Assembly (NCBI GenBank): GCA_021731965.1
Contig: JAKFWI010000037.1
Span: forward strand, 1-44,301
Length of the DNA stretch: 44,301 nt
From: Hyphomonadaceae bacterium
Lineage (GTDB): Bacteria; Pseudomonadota; Alphaproteobacteria; Caulobacterales; Aquidulcibacteraceae
Direction: 5' to 3'
Shown here: positions 18,986 through 28,133 of the stretch, piece by piece
How positions within the stretch are numbered: the stretch's first letter is position 1
How the letters are laid out: every line of letters begins with the position of its first letter
Notes under the pieces: generated by a model
The model's database searches: none
Told to the model about the DNA's origin: nothing
Seen by the model: the letters and a program-made list of their open reading frames with translations, nothing else
Made by a program: the position numbers and the translations under genes

Positions 18986-19033
18986 AGCATTGTCAAAGAA
19001 ATCGAACTCTATTTCCGAGTCGAAAAATGCGCC
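18983..19033. repeat. Module A of the AT-rich modular intergenic repeat, abutting the stop codon of the RyR-domain gene
   Basis: TAAAGCATTGTCAAAGAAATCGAACTCTATTTCCGAGTCGAAAAATGCGCC aligns with 31811-31852 and 33452-33500. Confidence 0.6.
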
Positions 19034-19076
19034 GGTGTGCGCGCGCGTCATGGGTCCTTGCCGCGCGGCCGCCGAC

Positions 19077-20852
19077 CTATCCGCTGATCCCATCATGGGT
19101 GGCACCTTCATCTCGGCTTTGAGGCGGCGCGGCAAAGCGCGTGCGCTCCAGCCACCACAGCGCGGTTAGAAGCGTCAGCAGCAAAGCGAACCAAAGCCAG
19201 AGGGACCAGAGCGCACCGGTGCCAGAGGGGGCGCTCCCGTTCGGGCCCGCGGCGGAGCTGGCCAGCGCGCGGGTTGCGGCACTGGCTTCGATGGCCGCGA
19301 GGGAAGCAAACGCCGCGGCGGGATGAACGTAGAAATGCATTTCCCGCTCACCCGCGCGCAGCGTGCGCCAGCCAGGAGCCGCTGGCCAATACCCGCCGCA
19401 GCGCTCTTTGCCGGAGGCTGGATCCAGCTGGATCAAAGTGTTGCGCCCGCCTGGCTCTTGCACCAAAGCACTGCCTTGCAGGCCGCACAAGATCACCCGC
19501 GATCCAGCGCGCGCAAAGCCATCGAGCCAAGCAGGCGGCGCGGGTTCCGCCCGCGCCAGCGTGCCGACCAATGTGCTCCAAAGCTGGCCGTGGCGATCAC
19601 CGCGCCCTGTCAGAGCCAGCACATAGGTATCGTCTAGGGTTAGCAAGCCGATCCGCCCTTGAGCAAATGGGGTCCAGGCGGCAGTCCCAGCAATCAGGGG
19701 AATTGCATTTGGGCCAATCGGCAAAGGAAGCACCGGGTTAGGCTCGGGCAGGGTCCTTGACACCTGCGCAGACAGCGCCGGACCGGCCGGATTAGATAAA
19801 GCAAAGCCAAGCGCCGCCCAACCGCGCCGTACCTCAAGCGAAGGCGGCCCCGTTAGCCGCAGCAACAGGCCCATCCCCCTTTCCGTCGCGCTTAGCAAGG
19901 CCGCGCGGCCGGTGGGGCCGATGCTTTCCCATCGGCGATCATCGATCGCGACAAGATCGCGCTGATCCAGGGCAGAGCTGGTCAGCGGGGTGGCGGGATC
20001 ACCCAATTGCACGCCCCCACCGGCATCGATCTCCAGCGCCAGGTCGATCCCGGCATCCTGCGCCCAGCGGCGCAAGAATTTGTTTTCCGCACTGGCTGCT
20101 CCGGCCAGCACCAGCACGCGCGGCTGCGGCCGCGGCGCGGCATCGATCGGCACCTCCAGGCGCTCGATCACCCGGCCGGATGGGTCGCGTACCCGCAACA
20201 CAAACAGCGCCAACCCAGGCAAGCGCATCGTGCCGTTCAGGCGAAACGCTGCGCCCGCCTTGATGCGCGCTTGCGAAACCAGGGCGCCGGCGGGGTCGAG
20301 CAGCTCCACAATGCCTTCCCGCAGCGTGCCGATCTCTCCCCCCACGCTGAACGCATTCCCCGCCGCGATCGGGCCAGGAAGTGCAATGCGCACCAATCCT
20401 CTTGGCTGCGGCGGCGGCACGAAAGCAATCTTGACGCTATGCGAGCCTTCGCGGTCGCGCGGGGCCAGCCCATCGCCAATTACGCGGATCGAAGCCACGC
20501 CGGGATGGCGACGTAGCGCGGTGGCCAAGTCTGGGGCCCGTTCCGCGCCGCGCGTCGCGCGCGCTTCTGGCAATGCGATGAGACGCTCCCCTGGGGCCAG
20601 TGCCACAGACTTTGGGGCCCCGGCCACGGCAATCGCCAGAACAAGGCCCGAGGATGCCGCGCCCGGCGGGAACAGGGTCAAATACAGCGCCGCGCCGGCG
20701 CTTAACTGCAAAACGCTCAGCGCTGCGGCGCGCCAAGCGGGCCCGCGCGCTGTAGGCAAAGCCCGCACCCGCCTTAGCCAAAGCCTGGCCACGCCAAGCA
20801 GCACGGCCAACACGATCACCCCAGCGGCAACAAGGTTTAGCGCCCCGCTCAT
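19077..20852 (-). CDS. Unassigned membrane protein, last gene of the MoxR/BatA-type operon
   Basis: The start is trimmed to MSGALNLVAAGVIVL (ATG 20852), overlapping the upstream stop (ATGA). It has N- and C-terminal TM helices. The central VLVLAGAASAENKFLRRWAQDAGIDL segment resembles the GATase1-like module of Bat-cluster proteins (weak, by eye). Confidence 0.55.
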   Translation of the reverse strand: MSGALNLVAAGVIVLAVLLGVARLWLRRVRALPTARGPAWRAAALSVLQLSAGAALYLTLFPPGAASSGLVLAIAVAGAPKSVALAPGERLIALPEARATRGAERAPDLATALRRHPGVASIRVIGDGLAPRDREGSHSVKIAFVPPPQPRGLVRIALPGPIAAGNAFSVGGEIGTLREGIVELLDPAGALVSQARIKAGAAFRLNGTMRLPGLALFVLRVRDPSGRVIERLEVPIDAAPRPQPRVLVLAGAASAENKFLRRWAQDAGIDLALEIDAGGGVQLGDPATPLTSSALDQRDLVAIDDRRWESIGPTGRAALLSATERGMGLLLRLTGPPSLEVRRGWAALGFALSNPAGPALSAQVSRTLPEPNPVLPLPIGPNAIPLIAGTAAWTPFAQGRIGLLTLDDTYVLALTGRGDRHGQLWSTLVGTLARAEPAPPAWLDGFARAGSRVILCGLQGSALVQEPGGRNTLIQLDPASGKERCGGYWPAAPGWRTLRAGEREMHFYVHPAAAFASLAAIEASAATRALASSAAGPNGSAPSGTGALWSLWLWFALLLTLLTALWWLERTRFAAPPQSRDEGATHDGISG

Positions 20853-22990
20853 TCGAGCGCGTCCAGGTACAGCGCCCCCGATGGATCGGCCCCGGCACGA
20901 CGCTGGGCCGTCGGCGTAGCCTGCAGCGCAGACCAAAGCGCGGCGCGCAGGGTTTGCTGGCAGTGCGAGCACGCAGGATCTTGTCGCACCGCGGCGATCG
21001 CGGCCATCAGTTCCAGGGGATCGGCCCTCGCTGCGGCGTTGGCCATGGCCCAGGCTTCAAGCGCATCCAGCCGCAAGGGCGGCGCGCCGGCGCGATGCTC
21101 CAATGCGCGCCACGCCGCAAAGGCCTCAGCCTGGGAGACGGAAGCACCGGGTATGACCGCATGAGCAGGCTCAATTCCGGCACGTTTTCCGCTCAAACGC
21201 CGCGTGAGATCGAGGGGTGCCAGGCGCGAGCTCGTCCGCCGAAGATAGATCCGGCTGGCACTCTGGGCCTTCTTCAACGCCTCAAGAGCCTGATTCGCGA
21301 AGGGCAAAGCGGCCTCGGGCCGGGCTTGGCGCAATTCGCGCTCAGCGCCCCACATCGCATCCAGCGCCCGCGCCAGCAGTGAGCGCGTGCCAGAATCGAA
21401 CAAGGTCGCGCCTTCGCCAGCATCGTGCACATGGCCGAACTGGCGCGCGGCACCCTGCGCGGTGTTGATCGCGCCCTCGTCTATTGTCGCGCTCTCGCCA
21501 TGATCATGCCCATCTCCACCAAAATGCGCTGACTTTTCCGTGGCCGGTGTATCAGCCGTGGCAAGGCGCGGCGCGGCGGGCGTGTCGGACGTAAGCGGGG
21601 GCGCGCCCCCTTCGGCCTCTTCACCCAGGAATTGTCCATAACGAAACCGCAGCGCGGCCTGATCGGAGGCCAACGCATTCGCCCGCTGGGAGAAGGCCTC
21701 GCGCGCCAGGCTTCGCCGCTGCTTTATGAGGGCTTGTGCATCGATGATGATCTGCCGCTGACTGCGAAAAAATGCCGGGACATTGCCCACCCTTAGGCCA
21801 TCCAGCCCATCAGCAAGCGCAAAATTTGAGGGCTGGCGCAGAATCACGCTTGGCCCTTCCACCACCTGCGCAATTGGCCGGCGATTATCGCGCACGATCA
21901 GCTGCACGATCAAATCGCTGCCGGGCACCAGGCCCTCACGTGCGAGATCCAGCGGCACGGCCCAACGTCTGCGCCGACCGCTGCCGCTGCCCTGCACATC
22001 CACTTCGCGGCTAACCACCGCGATTTGCTCCCCTTCGCCGCTGGCCAGCGTTACCCGCAAACGCGCGCTTGCAGCGAGGCCGTAATCATCGGTCGCTTCA
22101 AAAATCGGCGTCCAGGTGGTTTGCCCGATATCAGCAAGAGAGAGCCGCTCAATTGGGGAAATGAGCCTGACCTCTGGCGGCGCATCGGCGATCACCTCCA
22201 GACGGTGCCAGGCGTCCTGCGGCGCGCCCAGCGCCTCGATGCGGTAAAGGGTCGATTTCCCCACCACGCGCGCCACAAGCCAGCGGTTTTGCTCCCGCAG
22301 AAGCGGAATTGATGCCCCGTCCGCGAAAACCAGATGCGCCGTTGTCGGCAACGCAGAAAATTGGACGGCCCATTCCACCTGCGCGCCAGCGGGGATTTTG
22401 GCATCCGCTTGGGTCTGCTGGCGCTGCGGAAGGCCCGTGTAAGCGGGCGGAACGATCCGCAACCGTAACGAAACGATGCGCGGTGCCTGCGTGCTCTGGG
22501 CCCCTGCGGGGGCGGCGCTCTTGACAGCGCGCCCGTCATTGGGTCCAAGCCCCAGTAACAGCGCGACGAAGACCGAACCCATTCCCCAGCTGACGGCGAT
22601 TGCCCGCCTGGACCAAACCGGCTTGGGATCGACCGCCAATCCCTGCGCCAGCCGCGCGTCCAGGCGCTTGCGCTGCAAAGACGCCAAGCCCTGCAGCGTA
22701 TTGGCGTCTTGCAGCAGCAGATGCGCGCTATCTTCTAGCTCCGGCAAGCGTCCATCGAGGCGCGCGGCCAAGTGCTGGGCCTGTTGCCGGCCCGCTCGCC
22801 GCCAAGCCAGCCCGCTGACCAGCATGGCAGCAAAGAGGGCCAAGCCGCACAGGCCCACACTGCCCAACAAAAGCCAGCCCAGCGCCGCTGTCACCAACAC
22901 AGCGGGCGCGCCGAGCGCCAACGAATCCAGCCAAATCCTGCGCCGCGCCGCGCGCAGGAGGCTCTCGTGCGGCGCAAGCGCGGCGCTCAT
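20849..22990 (-). CDS. Unassigned large membrane-anchored protein of the MoxR/BatA-type operon (possibly DUF4175-like)
   Basis: The start is trimmed to MSAALAPHE (ATG 22990), overlapping the upstream stop (ATGA). Two N-terminal TM helices are followed by a beta-rich region containing IVPPAYTGLP and an acidic/His-rich segment (HFGGDGHDHGES). The family assignment is tentative. Confidence 0.55.
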   Translation of the reverse strand: MSAALAPHESLLRAARRRIWLDSLALGAPAVLVTAALGWLLLGSVGLCGLALFAAMLVSGLAWRRAGRQQAQHLAARLDGRLPELEDSAHLLLQDANTLQGLASLQRKRLDARLAQGLAVDPKPVWSRRAIAVSWGMGSVFVALLLGLGPNDGRAVKSAAPAGAQSTQAPRIVSLRLRIVPPAYTGLPQRQQTQADAKIPAGAQVEWAVQFSALPTTAHLVFADGASIPLLREQNRWLVARVVGKSTLYRIEALGAPQDAWHRLEVIADAPPEVRLISPIERLSLADIGQTTWTPIFEATDDYGLAASARLRVTLASGEGEQIAVVSREVDVQGSGSGRRRRWAVPLDLAREGLVPGSDLIVQLIVRDNRRPIAQVVEGPSVILRQPSNFALADGLDGLRVGNVPAFFRSQRQIIIDAQALIKQRRSLAREAFSQRANALASDQAALRFRYGQFLGEEAEGGAPPLTSDTPAAPRLATADTPATEKSAHFGGDGHDHGESATIDEGAINTAQGAARQFGHVHDAGEGATLFDSGTRSLLARALDAMWGAERELRQARPEAALPFANQALEALKKAQSASRIYLRRTSSRLAPLDLTRRLSGKRAGIEPAHAVIPGASVSQAEAFAAWRALEHRAGAPPLRLDALEAWAMANAAARADPLELMAAIAAVRQDPACSHCQQTLRAALWSALQATPTAQRRAGADPSGALYLDALE

Positions 22991-24144
22991 GGCGGAGCCG
23001 CCGGACGGGCACGGGTCGCGAGCCAGCGCTCCAGGAGAAGGGTCAGCGCCGCCATCAGCGCGAACCAAGATTGAAGGCTCTGAAACGGGCGATCAATGGA
23101 CACCGCACCCCCAAAAGCCGGCGCGTAATCGACGGCCCGAACCCGTGTTGGAGGCGGTGCCGGCTGCAGCAACCGCAACAGCACCCGCGGGAAGTCAGGC
23201 TCAAGCAAAGCCGGTAAGGCCGCGGGCTCTAGCGGGCGCTGCAGGCGCAGCACCCTTCCCGCGCCCAAACTTTCAGATGTCATCAACGGCGCGCCTTGCG
23301 CATCTTGCCAAAGCGTGACGGCTTGCGCCTGTGGTTGCAGCACACAATCGTGGGCCAAGAGGGCTGTACCGCCGCTCTGCACCCAGTGTGTCAGCGTTTC
23401 GGGTACGGGGCCCGCTGCCAGCCAGATGACATATCGCGTTCCCGGAGCGATTGGGCGCGCGATCACATCCGCCTCGAACGCCGGCGCCGCGCCGGTCTCG
23501 GCCCATGCCAGCGCCGCCGCCCGAAACCAGCGCACCTGAGAAACCCCATCTGGGGTGTAGCGCACCACGAGCGCGGGCGGCGGCAAAGCGCGCTTTGATC
23601 CTGGCGGTGCCGGATCGGCCAGCACCCGCCAGCGGACGGCGCGGGAAAGCTGCAGGCGTTCTGCATCCACCCCATCGAGCGTCGCGGGAACGAGCACATC
23701 CAAAGCCGCGCGGGGAGGCAATTCCGCGTCGAACTGCCGCAGCAGGCTGCTAACACTGGCCGTCTTGGAGGGCACGGGCGCAGTGAGCGGCGGAAAGCCT
23801 GGCGCCAACCAGACGGCGCGCCGACCCTCGATTTGCTGTGCGGGCACAACGGCGCGCCCCAAAACGGGCATGATCGCAACCATTGGGCGGCGATCTTGCG
23901 CGTCCCACAACACTGGTTGCGCCAAATAGAGCGCCAGCAGCGCCAATAAGCTCAGCCGCACGGCCAGCAGCAGCAGCTCGTCAAGCCGTCTCTGGGCGCG
24001 CGGGCGCGGCCTCGGTTCTAGCCAACGCAGCGCCGCGAATATCAGCGTGCGCCGCTCCGTGCGCCGCGCAATGTGAATGGCCAGCGGAATCAGCATCGTG
24101 CCTAAAGCGCCAAGCGCAGCAGGAAGCAGCAAGCCGGGCGTCAT
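22987..24144 (-). CDS. BatA-N (aerotolerance-regulator N-terminal, double-TM) domain protein
   Basis: The N-terminus MTPGLLLPAALGALGTMLIPLAIHIARRTERRTLIFAALRWL is the classic BatA_N / N-terminal double-transmembrane pattern. The start overlaps the DUF58 stop (ATGA). Confidence 0.75.
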   Translation of the reverse strand: MTPGLLLPAALGALGTMLIPLAIHIARRTERRTLIFAALRWLEPRPRPRAQRRLDELLLLAVRLSLLALLALYLAQPVLWDAQDRRPMVAIMPVLGRAVVPAQQIEGRRAVWLAPGFPPLTAPVPSKTASVSSLLRQFDAELPPRAALDVLVPATLDGVDAERLQLSRAVRWRVLADPAPPGSKRALPPPALVVRYTPDGVSQVRWFRAAALAWAETGAAPAFEADVIARPIAPGTRYVIWLAAGPVPETLTHWVQSGGTALLAHDCVLQPQAQAVTLWQDAQGAPLMTSESLGAGRVLRLQRPLEPAALPALLEPDFPRVLLRLLQPAPPPTRVRAVDYAPAFGGAVSIDRPFQSLQSWFALMAALTLLLERWLATRARPAAPP

Positions 24145-25028
24145 CTTCGCTGGGCCGCCGGGAACAGCGCGCGGATTGGCAGGTCCGCGCTCTCGTCAAT
24201 GACGTGTTCAACGCACCTGATGCCAGCAGCCCGAAGCCGCGCCGCCAGCTCCGCACGCGCCGCGTGAAAGCGATCGAGAAAGCGCACGCGCATCGAGGGC
24301 CCGTCACCCTGCACCCGCGCCCCGGTTTCGGGATCCTCGAACATATGGTTTTCCGTGAAGGGGAAATCGCGCTCTTCCGTTGTGAGGATCTGGATGAAGC
24401 CGATATCACGGCCGGTGCGGGCCAGTCGCTCGAGCGCCGCGACGCAGCCATCATCGAACCCGTCCGTCAGCACGATCAGAAGATCGCCCGGCGAAAACCG
24501 CCCGCCAAATTGAGCGAAGTCGCGTTGCCAGGAGACGATCCCCGCTGCGGGCAATTGCGCCAGCGCGGTGAGCAGCTGATCACGATGACGCGCACCTGCC
24601 CCGCTCCGAGTCATCATGGTGCTGCTTGGTTTCAGCGCCACCAGGCCGAACCGATCTCCATCCTTGAGCGCGATTTCGATCAAGGCCGCCGCCAGACGCT
24701 TGGCGGCATGCAGCCGCGACCAATCGGGACGGGCCCGATCGGCTTGTGCCATCGAGGCGCTGGCATCGAGCACGACCCAAAGGGCCAATTGGCTTTCACG
24801 CTCGGCTTCGCGCACGAAGAAATGATCCGAGCGCGCCCAAAGACGCCAATCGATCTGCCGCAAATCATCGCCCAATTCATAGGGGCGATATTGCGCGAAC
24901 TCGATCCCCCCGCCGCGAGAGCGTCCCGCATGCATGCCAAAGCCTAAGGCCGCCGCCGGCCCGCGCGGCACCAGCGATATCCGCCGCAAACGTGCGCGCA
25001 GATCCGGGGGAAGATCGATCGGGGTCAT
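24141..25028 (-). CDS. DUF58 protein (vWA-like, MIDAS-containing)
   Basis: 295 aa with GIEFAQYRPYELGDDLRQIDWR and the DxSxS MIDAS-like motif VVLDASASM. It sits immediately after the MoxR ATPase. Confidence 0.85.
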   Translation of the reverse strand: MTPIDLPPDLRARLRRISLVPRGPAAALGFGMHAGRSRGGGIEFAQYRPYELGDDLRQIDWRLWARSDHFFVREAERESQLALWVVLDASASMAQADRARPDWSRLHAAKRLAAALIEIALKDGDRFGLVALKPSSTMMTRSGAGARHRDQLLTALAQLPAAGIVSWQRDFAQFGGRFSPGDLLIVLTDGFDDGCVAALERLARTGRDIGFIQILTTEERDFPFTENHMFEDPETGARVQGDGPSMRVRFLDRFHAARAELAARLRAAGIRCVEHVIDESADLPIRALFPAAQRR

Positions 25029-25038
25029 GCGCCGCCGC

Positions 25039-26028
25039 TCAAGCGGGAGGTGGCGTGGCGGCCAGCAGCGCCGTGATCACGTCATCCGTGCTCACCCGCT
25101 CGGCCTCCGCCGCATAGCTAAGCAGAATGCGATGGCGCATCACCGGCGCGGCCAAATTGAGCACATCGTCCCGCGTCGCTGCCAGCCGTCCTTGCAGCAA
25201 AGCGCGCGCCTTGGCCGCCAGCACCAGGGATTGGCCGGCGCGCGGGCCAGCGCCCCAACGCACATAATCGCGGACGGCTTTGGGGGCTTCCGCAGCGGGG
25301 CGGCTTGTGCGCACCAAGCGCACAATCCATTGGAGCAAATTGTCACCGACCACGACAGCGCGCGCCAGCCGCTGCAAGGCGATGACATCAGCCCCATCCA
25401 TCACGTTGGGAACCTGCCCCTCGGCCGTGCCCGTGGTTTGCGCCAGAATGCCAGTTTCTTCAGCCAAGCTCGGGTAATCGATCTTGATGTTCAAAAGGAA
25501 GCGATCCATCTGGGCTTCCGGCAAGGCATAGGTACCCGCTTGCTCCAAAGGATTTTGCGTGGCCAACACGAAGAATGGCTGCGGCAATTGCCGGGTCGCG
25601 CCCGCGACGCTCACCGTGCGCTCTTGCATGGCCTCCAACAAGGCGGCCTGCGTCCTTGGTGGGGTGCGGTTCACTTCATCAGCGAGCAGGAGATTGGTGA
25701 ACACCGGGCCCGCCTGGAAACGAAAGCTGCGATGCCCGGTTCCGCGATCTTCTTCCAGCACCTCGGTGCCTAAGATGTCGCTGGGCATCAGATCGGGCGT
25801 GAATTGAATCCGGCGAAAGTCCAAGGCCAGCGCCTGCCCGAGCGTGCGGGCCAAAAGCGTCTTGCCAAGGCCGGGAACGCCCTCGATCAGGCAATGCCCG
25901 CCGGCGATTAAGGAGATTAATAGCTGCTCTACGGCCAAATCCTGGCCAATTACCGCCCGCCCGATTGCTTCACGCAGGCGTGGCAGCTTTTCTACCCGCG
26001 CGGCGATTTCTGCTTCGGAAACACTCAT
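25039..26028 (-). CDS. MoxR-family AAA+ ATPase
   Basis: 329 aa with Walker A GVPGLGKT, Walker B LLADEVNR, and FVLATQNPLEQAGTYALPEAQMDRF, all typical of MoxR/AAA_3. Confidence 0.95.
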   Translation of the reverse strand: MSVSEAEIAARVEKLPRLREAIGRAVIGQDLAVEQLLISLIAGGHCLIEGVPGLGKTLLARTLGQALALDFRRIQFTPDLMPSDILGTEVLEEDRGTGHRSFRFQAGPVFTNLLLADEVNRTPPRTQAALLEAMQERTVSVAGATRQLPQPFFVLATQNPLEQAGTYALPEAQMDRFLLNIKIDYPSLAEETGILAQTTGTAEGQVPNVMDGADVIALQRLARAVVVGDNLLQWIVRLVRTSRPAAEAPKAVRDYVRWGAGPRAGQSLVLAAKARALLQGRLAATRDDVLNLAAPVMRHRILLSYAAEAERVSTDDVITALLAATPPPA

Positions 26029-26053
26029 GGCGCGATCGGCGAGTAAAATTGGG

Positions 26054-26788
26054 TCATGCGGTCAAGGCATAGAGGATAATATTGACAGCGAACTTGGTGT
26101 TGTCTTCGGCCAAGAACCTTTTATTGCGCCAGTCATAATCCCATTCGCAGCCGTAATCCTTATTGCTATAAAGCACTCCCAGCCGTCCAGCGACGTCAAT
26201 CCCCTTGAGATAATCGTGGACGAGGTCATCGCCCCAACCGTTCAGCTCCATGTTCGTTCCCGGCGGCCCATCGAACTTGAAAAAGCTGCGATAAATGGCA
26301 TGGGATTTCGCCAGCTTCTTCAGCGAAGACGGCCCAAACAAGGCCGCCATCTGGCGCTCAAAGGACCGGGCAAACAGGCCGTCGATGTCGTGATTGCAAT
26401 CATCGACCAGCACAAAGCCGCCATTTTGCACATAGCGCTTGAAATTTGCTGCCTCAGCAGCGCTGAACTCGACGAGCTTATGCCCGGTCAGATAACAGAA
26501 GGGCGCGCTTAGCATGGCCGGATCATCAAGCCGGATGACCTTTTCCTGCGGGGCAACCCGCAGATTGGTGTAATCGATCAGCGTGGTGAGCACATTGGCC
26601 GGCATGCGCTCATCGACATCCCAATCGCCGGAATCGTATTGCAAACGAACGAATTGGAAATCATAGGGGCCATTGGCCTGGGCACGCGCGGATGGCGCGG
26701 GCAATAACCCGCTTACGCCAACCCCCGCAAGGATGCGCAGGAAACTGGCGCGAGAGAGGCCAGACAAAAGCGCGCTCGTTTTCGTCAA
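26054..26788 (-). CDS. DUF4159 domain protein with an N-terminal export signal
   Basis: 244 aa. The signal-like N-terminus (SRASFLRILAGVGVSGLLPAPSARAQ) is followed by FQFVRLQYDSGDWDVD and PFCYLTGH...FVLVDDC, typical of DUF4159. Confidence 0.75.
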   Translation of the reverse strand: MTKTSALLSGLSRASFLRILAGVGVSGLLPAPSARAQANGPYDFQFVRLQYDSGDWDVDERMPANVLTTLIDYTNLRVAPQEKVIRLDDPAMLSAPFCYLTGHKLVEFSAAEAANFKRYVQNGGFVLVDDCNHDIDGLFARSFERQMAALFGPSSLKKLAKSHAIYRSFFKFDGPPGTNMELNGWGDDLVHDYLKGIDVAGRLGVLYSNKDYGCEWDYDWRNKRFLAEDNTKFAVNIILYALTA

Positions 26789-28110
26789 ATCGCGTCAGAC
26801 AGCGATGTAAAAGTAAAATCACGTAGGCGCATCGGCGGGATCAACAATCCGCCGCCATCGCCAACCCGCACCGGGCGGCCAAGCTCATCAATATTATTCA
26901 GCATGATCACCGGCGATTCATTGAAGCGGAAATTCTTCAACGGATAACGGATTTGCCCATTCTCGATATAGAAGGTGCCGTCGCGGGTGAGCCCGGTCAG
27001 CAACACCGTCTGCGGATCGACCAAGCGGATATACCAAGTGCGCGTGACGAGAATCCCGCGCTCTACTTCGCGCACCAGATCGGCCGTCGATTTGGTGCCG
27101 CCCGCCATGATCACATTGCCGGGCGAACCCATGGCTTTTTTGTTCTGCTTCTTGGCCCAATAGCGGGAATAATCCAAATTCAGCACCTTGCCGTTCTCGA
27201 CATAGGCCATGCGCTCGCGGGCCAAACCTGAGCCATCCCAAGGCAGAGCCGGAAGCTCTGGATGCCATGGATCGGTGATGAAACTGACACGCGGATCAAA
27301 GACCTGCTCGCCAATCTTATTGCCGCCGCCCGCCTTGGATAGGAAGCTGCGCCCCTCGTCCGCGCGGCGCGCATCGAAGAAGTTGAACATGAAGGAAATG
27401 AGGCCGGCGGCCGCGGCCGGCTCGAGAACCACGGTGTACTTGCCAGGCTCCAGCGCGCGCGCCTCCGCGGAGGCTTTCGCTTTGCGCATGGCAATTTCGA
27501 TTTCTTCCTCAGGCTTGAATGCCGAGAAATCATTCAAATTGCGCCCAACCCAGCCCGATCCTTGGCTATCGGCCGTGCGCACCGTGCAGGTGTAATCCAT
27601 CTCCGTGGAGCGTTGATAGCCAAAGACATTATTGCTATTGGCCAGCGCCACGAAACTATTGGAATCATTCAAAAAGCCCGCGGCAACGAGGTTTTGCTTG
27701 GCGCAGGGCTCGATGGAGGCACGCGCCACGTCGGCCCGCTGGCCGGGCGTGATGGCGGCAGTCGCTTCGCGCCAGGTTGGGCTTGGGCGATAAGATTGCT
27801 TTTCCACCGCCGGCACAAATTCCGAACTCTCTGGCGCGAGCTTGGCCAGCTCCTCGGCCCGGCGCACCACCCGCTGCAAGGCATCATCGGTGAAGGCGTT
27901 GATGGTTGTGGTGCCCACGCGTGTGCCAAAAGCGACCTGCACCGCCAGCGACGTATCCGAGACCACCCCGCTGGTGGAAACATCATTGCGCGCGAAGCGG
28001 ATATTGCCGTCCACGGAGCCCGTGAGGGTCGCGGTGCATTCGTCGGCCTTGGATAAAGCGATCACCTTATCCAGGATCGCCTTGGCTTCGGCTTCGGTCA
28101 TCGTGCTCAT
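26785..28110 (-). CDS. TldD/PmbA-family protein (PmbA-like, no signal peptide, no HExxxH seen)
   Basis: 441 aa. N-terminal AILDKVIALSKADECTATL and C-terminal TGLTRDGTFYIENGQI...NFRF blocks are typical of the family. The stop overlaps the DUF4159 start (ATGA). Confidence 0.85.
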   Translation of the reverse strand: MSTMTEAEAKAILDKVIALSKADECTATLTGSVDGNIRFARNDVSTSGVVSDTSLAVQVAFGTRVGTTTINAFTDDALQRVVRRAEELAKLAPESSEFVPAVEKQSYRPSPTWREATAAITPGQRADVARASIEPCAKQNLVAAGFLNDSNSFVALANSNNVFGYQRSTEMDYTCTVRTADSQGSGWVGRNLNDFSAFKPEEEIEIAMRKAKASAEARALEPGKYTVVLEPAAAAGLISFMFNFFDARRADEGRSFLSKAGGGNKIGEQVFDPRVSFITDPWHPELPALPWDGSGLARERMAYVENGKVLNLDYSRYWAKKQNKKAMGSPGNVIMAGGTKSTADLVREVERGILVTRTWYIRLVDPQTVLLTGLTRDGTFYIENGQIRYPLKNFRFNESPVIMLNNIDELGRPVRVGDGGGLLIPPMRLRDFTFTSLSDAI

Positions 28111-28133
28111 GGTGTGAAAGCCCCTGAAATCGA

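Noticed and set aside
24141-26028. MoxR plus a vWA-like protein as one of the NTP-dependent conflict (vWA-MoxR ternary) systems.
   Set aside because: No effector-type domains (caspase-like, TIR, nuclease, etc.) were seen. The context, with BatA-N, DUF4159 and exported peptidases, fits the Bat-type envelope cluster instead.
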